Positions 1-12,680 of a stretch of 64,000 nt of DNA are shown here, piece after piece. Below the pieces are notes generated by a model, which saw nothing but the letters and a program-made list of their open reading frames with translations, searched no databases and had not been told where the DNA came from. A program made the translations under genes and the position numbers. Every line of letters starts with the position of its first letter. Position 1 is the first letter of the stretch. This DNA is from Eledone cirrhosa (Eukaryota): the NCBI GenBank assembly GCA_964016885.1, contig OZ024741.1, positions 285,138,001 to 285,202,000 of the forward strand, written 5' to 3'.

Positions 1-318
1 ATGTTAGAAAGTCGGACAGAAGGCTTTGCGGTATTTGTACCGACGGCAATTTTGCCTTTTATATTTTCGATGTCGATAAATAAAGTACCAGTCTTGTATT
101 GGGGGTAGATTCTTCCTCTACATCTTTTTCTAACTTCCTCTCTATTAATCTTTCTCTATTTTTCTCTGGAATGAAATTACTGTGTTCAGACCTGATTAGA
201 TGTGGGCTTCATCTGGCTACAAATGCTCGAGAAACGCCATGTCACGACGACGCCCGCACGACTTCACTAGGAGTTACAGGTACATACTAAAATGTAGTAA
301 GATCATTTATTATATAAA

Positions 319-766
319 CTAGCAGAAAAACCACCCTTCAGGTGGTTTTCTGCTAGCATGTGTAGTGTGTATATTGATATTATACGCAGGTATATATATA
401 TATATGTAGATATGATACATCAAATAAAATCGTAATTAGCAATATACATAGAAATTGAACGAAGACTGTGTTACACTGTCTTATGTAATCAGTAACGTAA
501 TCCATGATAAATTAAAAAAGACGATATTATATATAAACTAGGAGAAAATTAGTGACAGGAAATTAGTATGTTTATTTAAGCGATGGCCAACCGGAAATGT
601 TGACATATAAACAAAATATATTTAATCAACAGCCACGAAATTTAGTAGATAAATTGTGTAATATTCATTCATTATTTATTCAAAGTAATCCAACTTATTT
701 TACTAATAGGATAACAAATTATAAACCGTACGCAGTCCCGCGCTCCTTACTTTATTATAGTTTAGA
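319..766 (-). mobile_element. Non-autonomous Helitron (~450 bp)
   Basis: Minus strand reads A|TCTAAACTATAATAAAG ... accacc-tgaag-ggtggt hairpin ... CTAG|T: TC/CTAG termini, subterminal hairpin, A|T target. Confidence 0.6.
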
Positions 767-1132
767 TAGTCGTGTCACAATTAATTAAGTGAAAAATAAG
801 GAAATTTTATGGCTCAGTTAGATGAGGAAAGGTTGTACTCATAACCGTTTTTTAGAGATCATTCAAAACTGCGGAGTGGTACACGAAGAAACAAACTGTG
901 ACTCCTGGTTTACTGTAGTTAGAATCATCACCTCAGGATGGTCTAAATGCTAGCAATACCGTGAACTCTACAAGAGATACCCGCTGCAACAGTCACTCCA
1001 CCTCGCGTAGCTCCTTCCTCAGACGGGCTGCTATCGATTCGATTTTACGGAGGAGGTCAGCTGTATAAATTGAAACTTTCCATAATAATTTTATATAAGA
1101 ACCATTTATTAAGCTATGTTACAAATACTATT

Positions 1133-1360
1133 CTAATAATGATTTCTACTAAAGGCATAAGGCCAGCAATATTTTGGGGGAGGGGAAAGTCGATTAAAAC
1201 GACCCCAGTGCATTACTGGTGCTTTATATTTTATCGACCCCGTAAGGATGAAAGGCAAAGTTAACGTCGGCGGGATTTGAACGTTGAACGCAAAGGGCCG
1301 TAACTCTATACTACAAAGCATGTTTCCGACGCTCTACCGATACTGCCAATCCACCACCGT
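1133..1360 (-). mobile_element. tRNA-derived SINE family A
   Basis: Minus strand GTTCAAATCC B-box, then gcctttcatccttacggggtcgataaaat..agcaccag central domain. Further copies at about 1-130, 2380-2600, 8300-8560, 8885-8960, 9615-9725, 10437-10590, 22460-22700, 26883-27130, 28400-28610, 42690-43200, 44903-45090, 56480-57050 and 60910-61250. Confidence 0.75.
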
Positions 1361-2742
1361 AAATACTATTCTAATAATGAAACAGAAAATACTTTTAGCA
1401 AATCTCTTCCAATTCTTCAAATATACTGTTTATCATTATGGTTTTAAAAGGGTTGAGATGTCTCTTGTGATATTTGAACCAGAATTTTGACTTCATTAAC
1501 AAGTAGAATTCGTGGAATGTAAATATGTTTGATTGTTTGATTGCTGCGAGGCGTCATGACACGTTAGTAGGTTCACGTACTAACGTGTCATGACATGTTC
1601 TAACGTGAACCCTTAAATGCATGTTGCAACACAGCGGCGCCAGTCGGAAGTCAGCACTCGTTCGACCAGCATGGTCTCCATCAAAACATCAATTTCAAGG
1701 TGAAGCTAGGGTTGAAGAGCAGCCAAATTTTGTTTTTATCCTTTTTTAATATTTTCATCATTGTATAAATTGTGTTCAATAAATTTATTAAAATATTAAA
1801 AGATGACTATAGATTATAAGTCAATAAAAAAACAATGTTTTATTCAAAAGTTTGTATAGTTTCGAATCTCATTAAAGGTGAGGTGCAGGGCTGTTTCAAT
1901 TACACCGCTGCTTATTAAGTTTGGGCAGTCACGCCATTTCATAGCAAATAAATATCATTGTATTAACTTCAATAAACCACAGTATGAAATATGTTAGTGT
2001 GAGTTCGTTTTATTTGCATGTCAAAAATATAGCTATTTCTGATATTAATTAATGAATATCAACATAGACATGACTGTATCTAGTCGATTCATTGCTGTAG
2101 TCTGTGAATTTCAGTATAGATATCACTAAAACAAAATAATAATTGAATAAGAAATGAAAAAAAGGAGGAAAAAACAGGAAGGGGTAAAGAAGGGTGAATC
2201 TGGCCGTATAGGAAAGTAAAAGAAAGTCTAATCTAAGATTGTACAATGTAGCAAATAGCTTATAAGTAAAATGCAACCTTTCTTTTGAGATAGGTGAATG
2301 ATGTAAGCATGTATGGACCCGTAGCTCCCGTGGGTAGAGTAGAGGCATCATACTGACATGTGGCTGTTCAATGGCATTTTAACCCTGGCGGAGCCTATCC
2401 CCTCCCCAGGTCTGAATACAGCAGATTTCTTACAAAGAAGGTTAGAGAAAGGAAGTCAGAAAGAGATATAGAGGAAGAATGAACCCCAGTATTAGAATGG
2501 TTGAAAGGCAAAGTTGATCTCGGCGGGATTTGAACTCAGAGAGCCGAAACGATTACTGCAAAGCATACTATCTGACGTTGTAACGTCTCTGCCAATTGGT
2601 GAATGATACAAACTTATAATGGCATATTTGATTTTGTGGTCTATTTACTTTAATACTTACTATAATGTTTATATTTGTCGAAACTAGAAAGCTATGTGGA
2701 CAACTGCACATAAATTGGCATTTATCATTATATGTCGATGTA

Positions 2743-3150
2743 AGGCGGCTTTGCAGCATAGAGTTACAGCCCTTTATGGTCTGAGTTCAAATCCCGCCAA
2801 AGTTAACTTTGCCTTTCATCCTTACGGAGTCGATAAAATAAAGTACCAGTAACGTACTGGGTGGATTTAATCGAGTTTCCCCTCCCCCCAAATTACTGGC
2901 CTTGTGTCTATACTAGAAATCATTATTATATGTCGATGTAAGTCGGTGGATTGACAGGGTCGTTAGGGCATCAGACAAATGCTCAGTGGTATGTTTTGGC
3001 TCCTTTTGTTCTGAGATTAAATTAAATCGAAGTCAACTTTGTTGTTTGTCGTTTCGAGGTTGATAAAATATAGTATCAGTCAAGTTTGACTTGATCAAAT
3101 TTTCCCTTCTTCCAAATTACTAGCCCTGATCCCACATTGGAAATAATTAT
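2743..3150 (+). mobile_element. Two tandem SINE family A copies
   Basis: ctgagttcaaatcccgcc B-box plus central domain; second, diverged copy starts ~2940. Confidence 0.7.
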
Positions 3151-3370
3151 TATAGATTGATGTGGGGAGGCTAGGTAGAACTAAAAATGCTTAGTATTTA
3201 TTTTCATGGGCTATTAGAGTAGGTAGGCCAGTTATAGCTAAGCCTATGTTGACGGTTATAAGTTATTGGAGTCGCTGACTATGTATAATTACAATTAATG
3301 TTGATATTATATATTATTGGAGAGGCTAGCTTAGTTCTAACTATGTCTATGTCAACATTAATATATTATA

Positions 3371-4065
3371 CTAGCAGTGTATCCCGGCGTTGCACGGGTA
3401 AGATCATTGGTAATAGCACCTCCAATGAGAAACGTTTATTTTTGAGTGCCTGTTAAAAACTCACAATTATATACCGACAGGAAACTTGTTTTATTTGGAG
3501 AAAATTAAGAAGTTGAAGGTACAGTTTAGCTGTCTAAGTGCATTGTTCATAGAAATATTGTTGAGCCCCTTCTTTTCATACTCCTCTGTTTTGGCCTATT
3601 GGAGTAAATGTGAAAGAGAAAGTCACAGGTTAAGTTGGCAGTGCAATAGCAGTAAGGCGTAGGCTACTTACCTCAAAAGTTCATTCACACTCTTTCCACT
3701 AAGTTACTCTTTCTCTCTATCCCTCTCGGTGCAGTCCCTTGCGAATTTCTCGCGTAGGCCTGGTGTAGATTTGCACCCGATCCATCTGCCCGGTGCACAT
3801 GTCCGCTTTGTACGGCTTTCGGAGGAAGGAGTGACCAGCAGTACGTTGTTCGGTATTATTACGAAAAGGTGTAGCAGAGATCCCGCGTGAACTAACAGCA
3901 CGGGAGGAAACTGCTTACCTCGAAGATTCATTTGCCATCGTTCTTGTCAACGCTCCGTTTAGTTGGTATTTGTTGGTCTACAGTTAGATGAATGGCGCAC
4001 AAAGGGTTAATGTTTATTGGCACGAAGTGACAACTGGGCTGGCTTGCCTCGCTTATATTATATAT
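3371..4065 (-). mobile_element. Helitron-like element (3' end clear, 5' end uncertain)
   Basis: Minus strand cccgtgcaacgccggg hairpin followed by atacactgCTAG|T. Confidence 0.55.
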
Positions 4066-5183
4066 TAAAATAACAGATTAAAGTTTAAGCAAAGAATCGC
4101 TGCTTTCACCCTTAACGGGATCTTCTGAAACTAAAAAAAAAATCAATCTGTGAACGCAGAAGTAAATATTTCGAAAAACGTTGCAACCGAAGGAAAACAG
4201 GAAGACGATACTTTGGTTCGTGAAGACGTTCCCTGGCAATCTTCCGAGTAGCTACACTGTATCTATCCACTCCAATAATATATGAATATCAACATTTGTA
4301 TAGCTATGTCTAGCCTATCCAGTCATCTAAGATATCTATCTTCTATCTAGACATATATATAAAACTGTAGTTGTCTCTGTCCTCATTTTTGCAAAGTCTA
4401 TACAAATCCACATTTCTACTCCGATTGACTTCAAACTTGCATTTATATATTCCTTGCGATTGTAAGATATTAACTGCAACTTTTATTTTTCAACTTTCTG
4501 TTGTTAAAAGGGTGTTAGGCGCCGGTTATCGATCTCCGTCGCGCCCATATAATATCTGTACATACAAAAATGAGGACACAGACAACTACAGTTTTATATA
4601 TGTCTAGATAGAAGATAGATATCTTAGATGACTGGATAGGCTAGACATAGCTATACAAATGTTCATATTCATATATTATTGGAGTGGATAGATACAGTGT
4701 AGCTACTCTGAAGACGTCACACATTAATATAAGCAGCTGTGGCACTTCAATCAATAGAGTCTTCATTAGTTATAGTTAATGACCAGCTGAGTGAATAAAG
4801 TTTCACTTTAATACTTCAATGTATGACTCGATGTTATAAATCTAAAACCTGTAGTAGTAAGTAGGGCAAAGTATTGTGATGTGATAATTGTATTTAACTG
4901 ACTGCTTCATTTTACTTATACTCTCTCTCTCTCACACATTTTCTTCTTCCTGGTTCTCTTTCATATAAACATTTATTTTCCTTATATCTTTATAGATATA
5001 AGTTCCCACTGTTTCAAATAAATTACTTTGTTTGTGGTATTTAAATAAAATGTGACGTTTTTCCTGTTATTTTATTCCTTTCACCAATTTAACACCATCA
5101 ACTGTCCTAGAGTGACTTTAACGAAGCCCACTCTATTACAAGCAGTGGGGCGGGCAGACTTTTCCTGAACATCTGTACTTGTT

Positions 5184-5221
<38 letters not shown>

Positions 5222-5900
5222 GAACAAGTACAGATGTTTATATATATGTACAGATGTTTATATATATATATATATATAAACATTAATTGAAATGGTGTGA
5301 AGCGATGACTATATATGTATATTCGTAAAATTGAAGTATTCGCAGCACGAAGGTAGCCGTAAGCAGCTGGATAGTAAAAAAAATGGAGGTGAAGATATAA
5401 CCTCATATTGAACGGAGAGAGAGAGAGAAGAAGAAAGAGAGTCTACTTTCTTCCTCTCTCTTTTCGATATGAGGTTATATATTAACTCAAAAATGTTTAC
5501 TATACATATAGTATGCAGCTGTTTACGGATACCCCTCTGCTATATATTGAGTACCTTACTTACTGTGGTTACCCCCGATTGAACCCGGGATACACATATG
5601 TATGTGTGTGTGCGTTCGAAAAAATGAACATTAGAAAGTTTTTGAAATGTTTACATTTATAAGGCATGTATATAACAATGACTGTATCAGGCATTTTGGC
5701 ATGATTTCAAGTATGAGTCTTGGTATCAACATGTACCACTGATTATATGCTCTTTCAGAGGCATTTTTAATTTTTAATTGCTATGATATCAATCATTATC
5801 ATCATCATTTTACATGTCTTCATTGCTAGCAAGGGTTTGATAGATCTTTACACACTGAGTCAGTGCTCAAGCTGAGCTACAAACCTCACTGATGGGCCCG

Positions 5901-6006
5901 GAGACTATATCTTGCTTACATATATTCCCACACTTTAGCGTCAAAGAAGCTGAGACTATATCTTGCTTACATATATTCCCACACTTTAGTGTCAAAGAAG
6001 CTGAGA
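5901..6006. repeat. 51-bp tandem duplication
   Basis: gagactatatcttgcttacatatattcccacactttag(c/t)gtcaaagaagct, two copies. Confidence 0.9.
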
Positions 6007-7052
6007 ATCTCGTATCTTGTTCTACCAAGTTCATTTTATCATGGCACCAGCACTCAGGAGGCTGTCATATCTTTGACACAGCTGAAGAGTCCCCCCGAGC
6101 ATTTTTTGACAGGTTTTCTACAGTTGGATTTCTTATCACCAAACATTTTACAGAATGTACAGTGGGCGTTTATTGTGTACATCATCAACAGTTGGGAGAT
6201 TGCCATGTCTTTTACACAATCGACGAGTACTTCCAACTATCTATTTCAAATTATCATTGAAGAATTTTGAAGTATTTACCAGAATTCCATTACTCAGACA
6301 GTAACTTATCATATGGTGGTTCTTATATAAAATTATGTTGGGAGGTTTTTATATATATAAGAACCCTTTAAATTGAGTGATTTTTTTTTTCCCCAAAGAA
6401 CTAAAGGTGGCATTGGTCAAGTTGTTATCAGAACATTTAACGGTTTTCAGGTAATCATATTTTAAGCTATTTGTAAAGGCAGAGAAAATTGAGATATTTT
6501 TCCTTTATCAGAAATTCCCTTTTGCATTATTGAAATATCTAAAACAGTAGAGAATGTCGTATATGGTTATGATCCACCGAGGGGAGGCGCAAGAAGTGTC
6601 AACTTACCAAAATGTAAATTAATTTGTTTTTATTGGAGGTTGGGGGGGGGGGCATTTTAGATCTAGCCTAGGACGTTAAATACCCAAGCGCCGGTTCTGC
6701 TCCCTGATAAGGGCTGACCAATAACAACATGACTTATACTATGATTCGAAACCACTCTGCAAGCTCAGTTTACCGAGTGCTAAATCACATTTACACTGTA
6801 GCACTACATTCATCCTAAACTATTTGATATGCTTTTGTACGGATTTAACATGGAAAACAAGTTAATTAGGAAAGTTAATGAAAAGTGTAAAATTAATTTT
6901 ATTTGAGCAAAAAAAAACTAAAATTGCGTTCGATAAATAAGAATAACGAAATAAAATTTCAGCGAAGAAACAAAGAGAGAGGGGGGGGGGGGGCAAAGAC
7001 AAAGTGAGGGTAAGGAGGCGAGAGAGAGAAAAAGAGAGATATGTTTATTATT

Positions 7053-7078
7053 TGTTTACAGTGGTTACCGCTGGCAAC
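7053..7078. promoter_or_regulatory. Candidate RFX X-box with adjacent Forkhead site
   Basis: GTTACC-gct-GGCAAC (7064-7078) fits GTNRCC(N0-3)RGYAAC; TGTTTAC at 7053. Confidence 0.4.
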
Positions 7079-9092
7079 CATCAAGTTATGTTGTTCACTT
7101 GACGCGATTTATTATCAAAATTAATTGAAAATAAGTTCATTAAGAAATTAATTAGATTTAGAGAATACGAAATGAAAATATTTGTTTTACCATAAAGATC
7201 TTTGAGTATAACGTGCTATTTCAACGTTATCAAAAAACTATCTACTATCAGATTATTAGCGGCCATGAGCATTTTTTTTAAATGCCCTGCTACTATAGCT
7301 TTGTCGGGTATGAAAAGGAAAAAATAGCTTCACATCTTCTGGTAGGGGTGTAGCACCACTATTTGTGATTCGATATCGTAAAAAGTCAATTTCTTTAGCA
7401 CCAAATACACACTGTATTGTTGAAGCTTATCAAAAAAGAGTCAATAGGTGGAGTTCTGCATTTTGCTCGGCAATAAGGAATGGTCATGATCGAAAGAATA
7501 CGATCGCAAATATAAGCGGCCGAAATGAAGTTCCCTCGAAGGGTTTTGGAGTAACGTTACTCGATAGAGTGCGTAGCTCGGAGATAGGAGATAGGAGAAT
7601 GACTCCAGGTAGAGCCGCTACTTCTCAGAATTGAAAGATCACAGCTCCGATACTATGGGTATGTGGTTAGAATGTCTCAGGAAAGAATCGCTGGACAGAT
7701 TTTACGGGCTCGGTGCATACGGGACACGGTGATATCTTCTGGTGATAGAATAGAGTTAAGCTGGGAGCTTACGGATCACTGATTATCCTCATTCTGGGGA
7801 ATATCAACTAGACGTCCCACGAGGCAGATAAGCTCCTCCCTCTATACAACATTTCTTCTCGGGGTCACCATTTAGTTCGACTATAAGCATAATAACGCTA
7901 ACAACACTGCGATTTTTAAAATTATTATTTAATGAGTAATAAACATTGACAGATGCAAGAAAGAAAAGTCTACCTCGGAAGTCCTGTCATATTGCAATGC
8001 CACGAAGGAATATTTATTGCTGCCTAGTTCAATACCAAGTTTGCAGTAAATGAACTGTCAACAGCTCGTCCTCTATAAGCTAGCAGGATCTACCATACGA
8101 TAATTTTGTTTGAGATAGGGCAATCAGCGCCAGCTCTACCATTAAAGACAACTAAGTAATCTATCTAGGACGCACGTATCAGAGAGTCGCATTACTGAAC
8201 CTTAGAAAAAAAAAATTTAATACAAATTTGTATGATTGTATGGAGTCGAAGAGGCACTGGAGTGACACACAGTATATTTTTGACAATTTTTACACAAGAC
8301 AGAGCCCATCCTCTTTCCAGGTCTGAACATAACCAATTTCTTCCAGAGAAAGAGACTGAGTGAGAGAGAAATAGAGAGGAAGTGAGAAAAGTGTTACAGA
8401 AGACGAATCGACCTCAGTATGGAACTAGAACGTTTATGGATCTCGAGAGGATGAAAGACAAAATTGACCTCCACACGTGTTGAATTTAGACCGCTAGGAA
8501 CCGGAACGAATACCGCTAACCATTTTATCTGACGTTCTAATGACTCAGCCAATTGGCCACCTTACAGATTTGTATAATCAAATTAAATATATAAGAATTT
8601 CCTTCAATCAATAAATTAATTCCTAAATATCTTTGCCGTGTAGCACAGCGTTTTGGAAATATTCAAAGTGGTGAGAAACGTTGAGAAACGTTGTATGAGA
8701 AACATTGTATGATGTTATGACTTGTCACGTGATTTAGCATGGGTGAGTGTGGACTGTGTAGTGAAAAATGCAGGCTTAGTAATTTTTTAAAGTCATTTTC
8801 TTAAGCGGTAGATTGTCAATCGCGGTAAAGCATCGCACACCATGCTTTGTTGCATATAGTCACGTCCCTTTACACTTTAATTTCTTGCCTTTCATCCTTA
8901 CGCAATCGATAAAATAAGTACCAGTAACGCACTATGGTCTATTTAATCGACTTTTCCCTCTCGGGCTGTGGGGCGACCAGCACGTGGGACCCCATTTGTT
9001 CACTATACAGAGAGACGTGGGCGATGACGGTGGGAGTTTGGCTCTTCCGTGTTCGGACACATTTCACCAGTGAAGAGTGTATTTTCATACTC

Positions 9093-9162
<70 letters not shown>

Positions 9163-9729
9163 AATAAGTGAAGAATAAAGTGAATGCTTGTTTATGACAA
9201 GGTCTTGTGTCTAAATCGGAAACCATATTGTAGAACATGGCATAGGGCTATTCATAGTCAGGTGCAGGTGTGACCCCACACCGAAATATAATTGGGAACA
9301 ATTGTTATAAGCGATATTAACCACACAGCAGTTTAATTCTACCCACTTACGAATTTGTTTCCTCATAATTGCCTTAATAATTGTTTCTACTTTTGGCACA
9401 AGGCCAGCAATTATCTCAGTGTATTACTGGTACTTTGAAATTTGAGATACGTTTTCAAAAGTCTAGACTATGATTATGTTATTATTATTTTTATACTCAA
9501 ATTAATGCTGTTATTTATTAAATGCCATATTTGTCGAATACTAAAACTAAATTCGGGAATTATTCCACCATAACTTTCAATTTCATGTTGATTTCCAATT
9601 TACGTATGATGTCAGCAAGTTTAGGGAAGTGCAAGATTGATTAAGTCAACCCCATTACTTGACTCATATTTTATTTTATCGAACCCAGAAAGTTGGACTT
9701 GGTAAGATTTGAACGCAGAATGTCACGTT

Positions 9730-10145
9730 CTCCGTCTCCAACTTAGTCGCTTCGACCACACACTCCGGCAATGCAAAGGAAAGGATGACAAATAAATACC
9801 GGATATTGTCCGGACGCCCTCGAGGCCTCAAGCGTACTCGGACCCCATACTACCGAGCTTCTCCGCAAGATCGGAAGGCCAACAGCCCAACTGAGGTAGA
9901 GCCCCGCGAGGTGGGGTGGTTGTTGCAGCGGGTATCGCTGGCCATTGTCCGCAGAAACGCTTTTGCGGTTTTATCCGCAGGGCGTAGCCTCAACACCACC
10001 GTGCACTTGGCCCAGAGCCCATCCCCCCATTCTTCTGTGACCCTAGAGCCCTTGCTTTCCCCTTCCTTTTCCGTTTTCAAATATTTGTAGTGTTTTTCTA
10101 ATTATTTTATAGTCATTCATTCTTATAGTTACTTATTTATTAAAT
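9730..10145 (+). mobile_element. 3' fragment of a CRE-like (restriction-like endonuclease) non-LTR retrotransposon
   Basis: EPREVGWLLQRVSLAIVRRNAFAVL resembles the C-terminal 'QR(I/L)S.AI.RGNA' signature of CRE-clade elements; GC-rich island. Confidence 0.6.
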
Positions 10146-12137
10146 GGCGCACACTTAGAATTAGAAAATATACCACAGTGGCATTATATCTGACGCTTTA
10201 CTACCCTGCTGATAATGAAAAATGATAATCAACATAACCTCGGATGGTGGTGAGGTTAAGGCGCTGGGATAATCGTGCACCTTTGCCTCAATAATTATTA
10301 AAGTGAAACTCCAACACCCCTTTGTTTTGGTGTTTGCGGGTCTCCTTCCTTCCACATTACAAATTGTTTATAAATTTTATGGAATGAAAACAAGTAATAT
10401 TTATACAATTAATTATTGCTAGGAACCTTATAAGTATAATTGTTTCTACTTTTTGGCACAAGGCCAGCAATTATCTTAGTGTATTACTGGTACTTTATTT
10501 TATCGACCCCGTAAGGTTGAAAGGCAAAGTTAACCTCGGCGGGATTTGAACTCGGTCCGTAAAGGGACGTAACTGTGCTGCAAAGCAACACAAATAAGAA
10601 CAAAAGCCAAATACACACCTACACCGTTATACTTACCTTCTTTTTCACGGCATTCAGTTTGAACCGTTATATTATATTTTACGATATTATTTTCTAAATA
10701 CTTATATCGACGCTCGACACAATATATAGAAGAAAAAAAATCGATAGAAGTTTCCTAGCAATAATTAATTGTATATATATTATATGTGTGTACATTTTCA
10801 TGCTGTAAGAATTATCAACAATTGGTAATGTTGTTTAAACAACTGTGAATAAAATGATATAAAAGTTATAAATAAAAACACATCCGTATCCTGATGAACG
10901 AAACGAAATAATGAAGAAAATGTCTTAATATTTTTAAATACGAAAAAAAAACAGGTCTACATCGACAAGTTAGTAAAGTTAGAAATTTTGATAAAGTTTT
11001 AATACATTGAAGAGGACGGTAACTTTTAATATTATCAAATTGTTATCCATTGCGCTGAATAAACAAATGGTAATCTTTACCCCAAAAATACAATTCAAGT
11101 CTGTTATCAAAGATATAAAAATTTTGAAAATATAATTGCAAAAAAAGAAAAGAAAAAATATTAACCAATCACCTTTGGGCATTTCCGAGAGTCCGTAGTA
11201 AGGTGGGTGGTAATGAATAATGTTATTAAGTGCGGTACTACTGTGTTTACTAGCAATGCATTATTACCACAACATGCCCTTAACGACCAAACTTTACCGT
11301 GAAATGTACTGAATCACACCGTTTATAACGTAAACACAACTAATATTTCTTTTAATTTATTTTCATGACTATTATTATTAATTACTATATGTTACATATA
11401 TTAAGTGTATGTATGTATATATATATATATATATATTAAAGAGTTAAACATTTTAATATATATATATATACACACACACATACACTTAATATATGTAACA
11501 TATATTTCTATATTTTCATTTATATATATATATACACACACACACAGAAAGTATAGCAACAAAACATTCATTAGTATCAAACACTTGTTTCTTAATTAAT
11601 TGAACATTTTATTGTTCGGTTTTCTTTGCTTAAAATCACCTCTAACTATTTTACCTGTTTCTTTTCCACTTTTTTATTCTTTCGAAATTTGTTGTCATTT
11701 ATCCGCGCAGTTTCAGTCTGTATGAAATGTACATACCTACCAGCCTACTCCGCTTCTTTGTAACTAACTAATTTCACGAGTAATTTATTTCAGTAAAACT
11801 TATATAACTTTCACAATTAATATAGTTATTTGTATATGTTATTTTCGCGTGTTATCGACGAATCTGACCTCCAAACACACTAACATCACTACCCTTACTT
11901 TTGGGACAAAACTCATATATATATAGTGTGTGTGTATATATATATGTATATATATATATATAAAATGTGTGTGTGTATATATACACAATAATTTCATTAT
12001 ATTATTATATATAGCAAAAGTATCAGGACCCCGCCGGCTGAGCTCCGTCCGTTTCGACAGCTACCCACTTAACTACCCTAAGTATTGAGTACTCTGGTGC
12101 GTTATGGTCCACTTGGTATTTCACCACCCTCTCTTCG

Positions 12138-12188
<51 letters not shown>

Positions 12189-12325
12189 GTATGTGTGTGT
12201 ATATATATATATGTATGTAAAAGGTAAACAGAAATAACACAATCGGGACAGTATATGGAAGGGATATATTAGTTAACGCTTGATATAGCAGGAAGAGGGT
12301 CTTAACGTTTCGGACACATATATAT

Positions 12326-12642
12326 ATCATCATCATTTTACGTCCGGTTTTCTCTACTTGCAAGGGTGGGGCGGGAACTGATTCTGGCTTGATTTCTACA
12401 GCTGGATGCCCTTCCTAACACCAACCTCATTTACAGTGAGTGCTGGGTGCTTTTTTGCCGTGGCACCTCCACGAACACTTTGCAGTGGAATGATATGGAC
12501 CCCAGTCCCTATCATCTCATTTCTACAGCTGAGTAAACTGGAGCAATGTGAAATAAAGTATCTTGCTCAAGGAAACATATCACCCGGTCTGAGAATTGAA
12601 CTCACAACCTTTCGATTGCTCTAACCACTAAGTCATGTGCCT
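12326..12642 (-). mobile_element. tRNA-derived SINE family B (CORE-like domain, RTE-type (GAT)n tail)
   Basis: Minus strand tRNA head (ttagtggttagagc...gttcaattc), ccttgagcaaga CORE-like segment, tail ending gacgtaaaatgatgatgat. Confidence 0.75.
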
Positions 12643-12680
12643 ATATATATATATATTCATATACATACACCCATATATAT

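Noticed and set aside
1630-1910. Transib/RSS-like TIRs (cacagcgg...ccgctg)
   Set aside because: Match is too short and no TSD was found
2049-2126. Minus-strand exon downstream of the MANESS module
   Set aside because: Good acceptor, but all frames stop quickly and there is no recognisable homology
10890-10912. CTGATGA...GAAA hammerhead-like core
   Set aside because: No helix II or III can form
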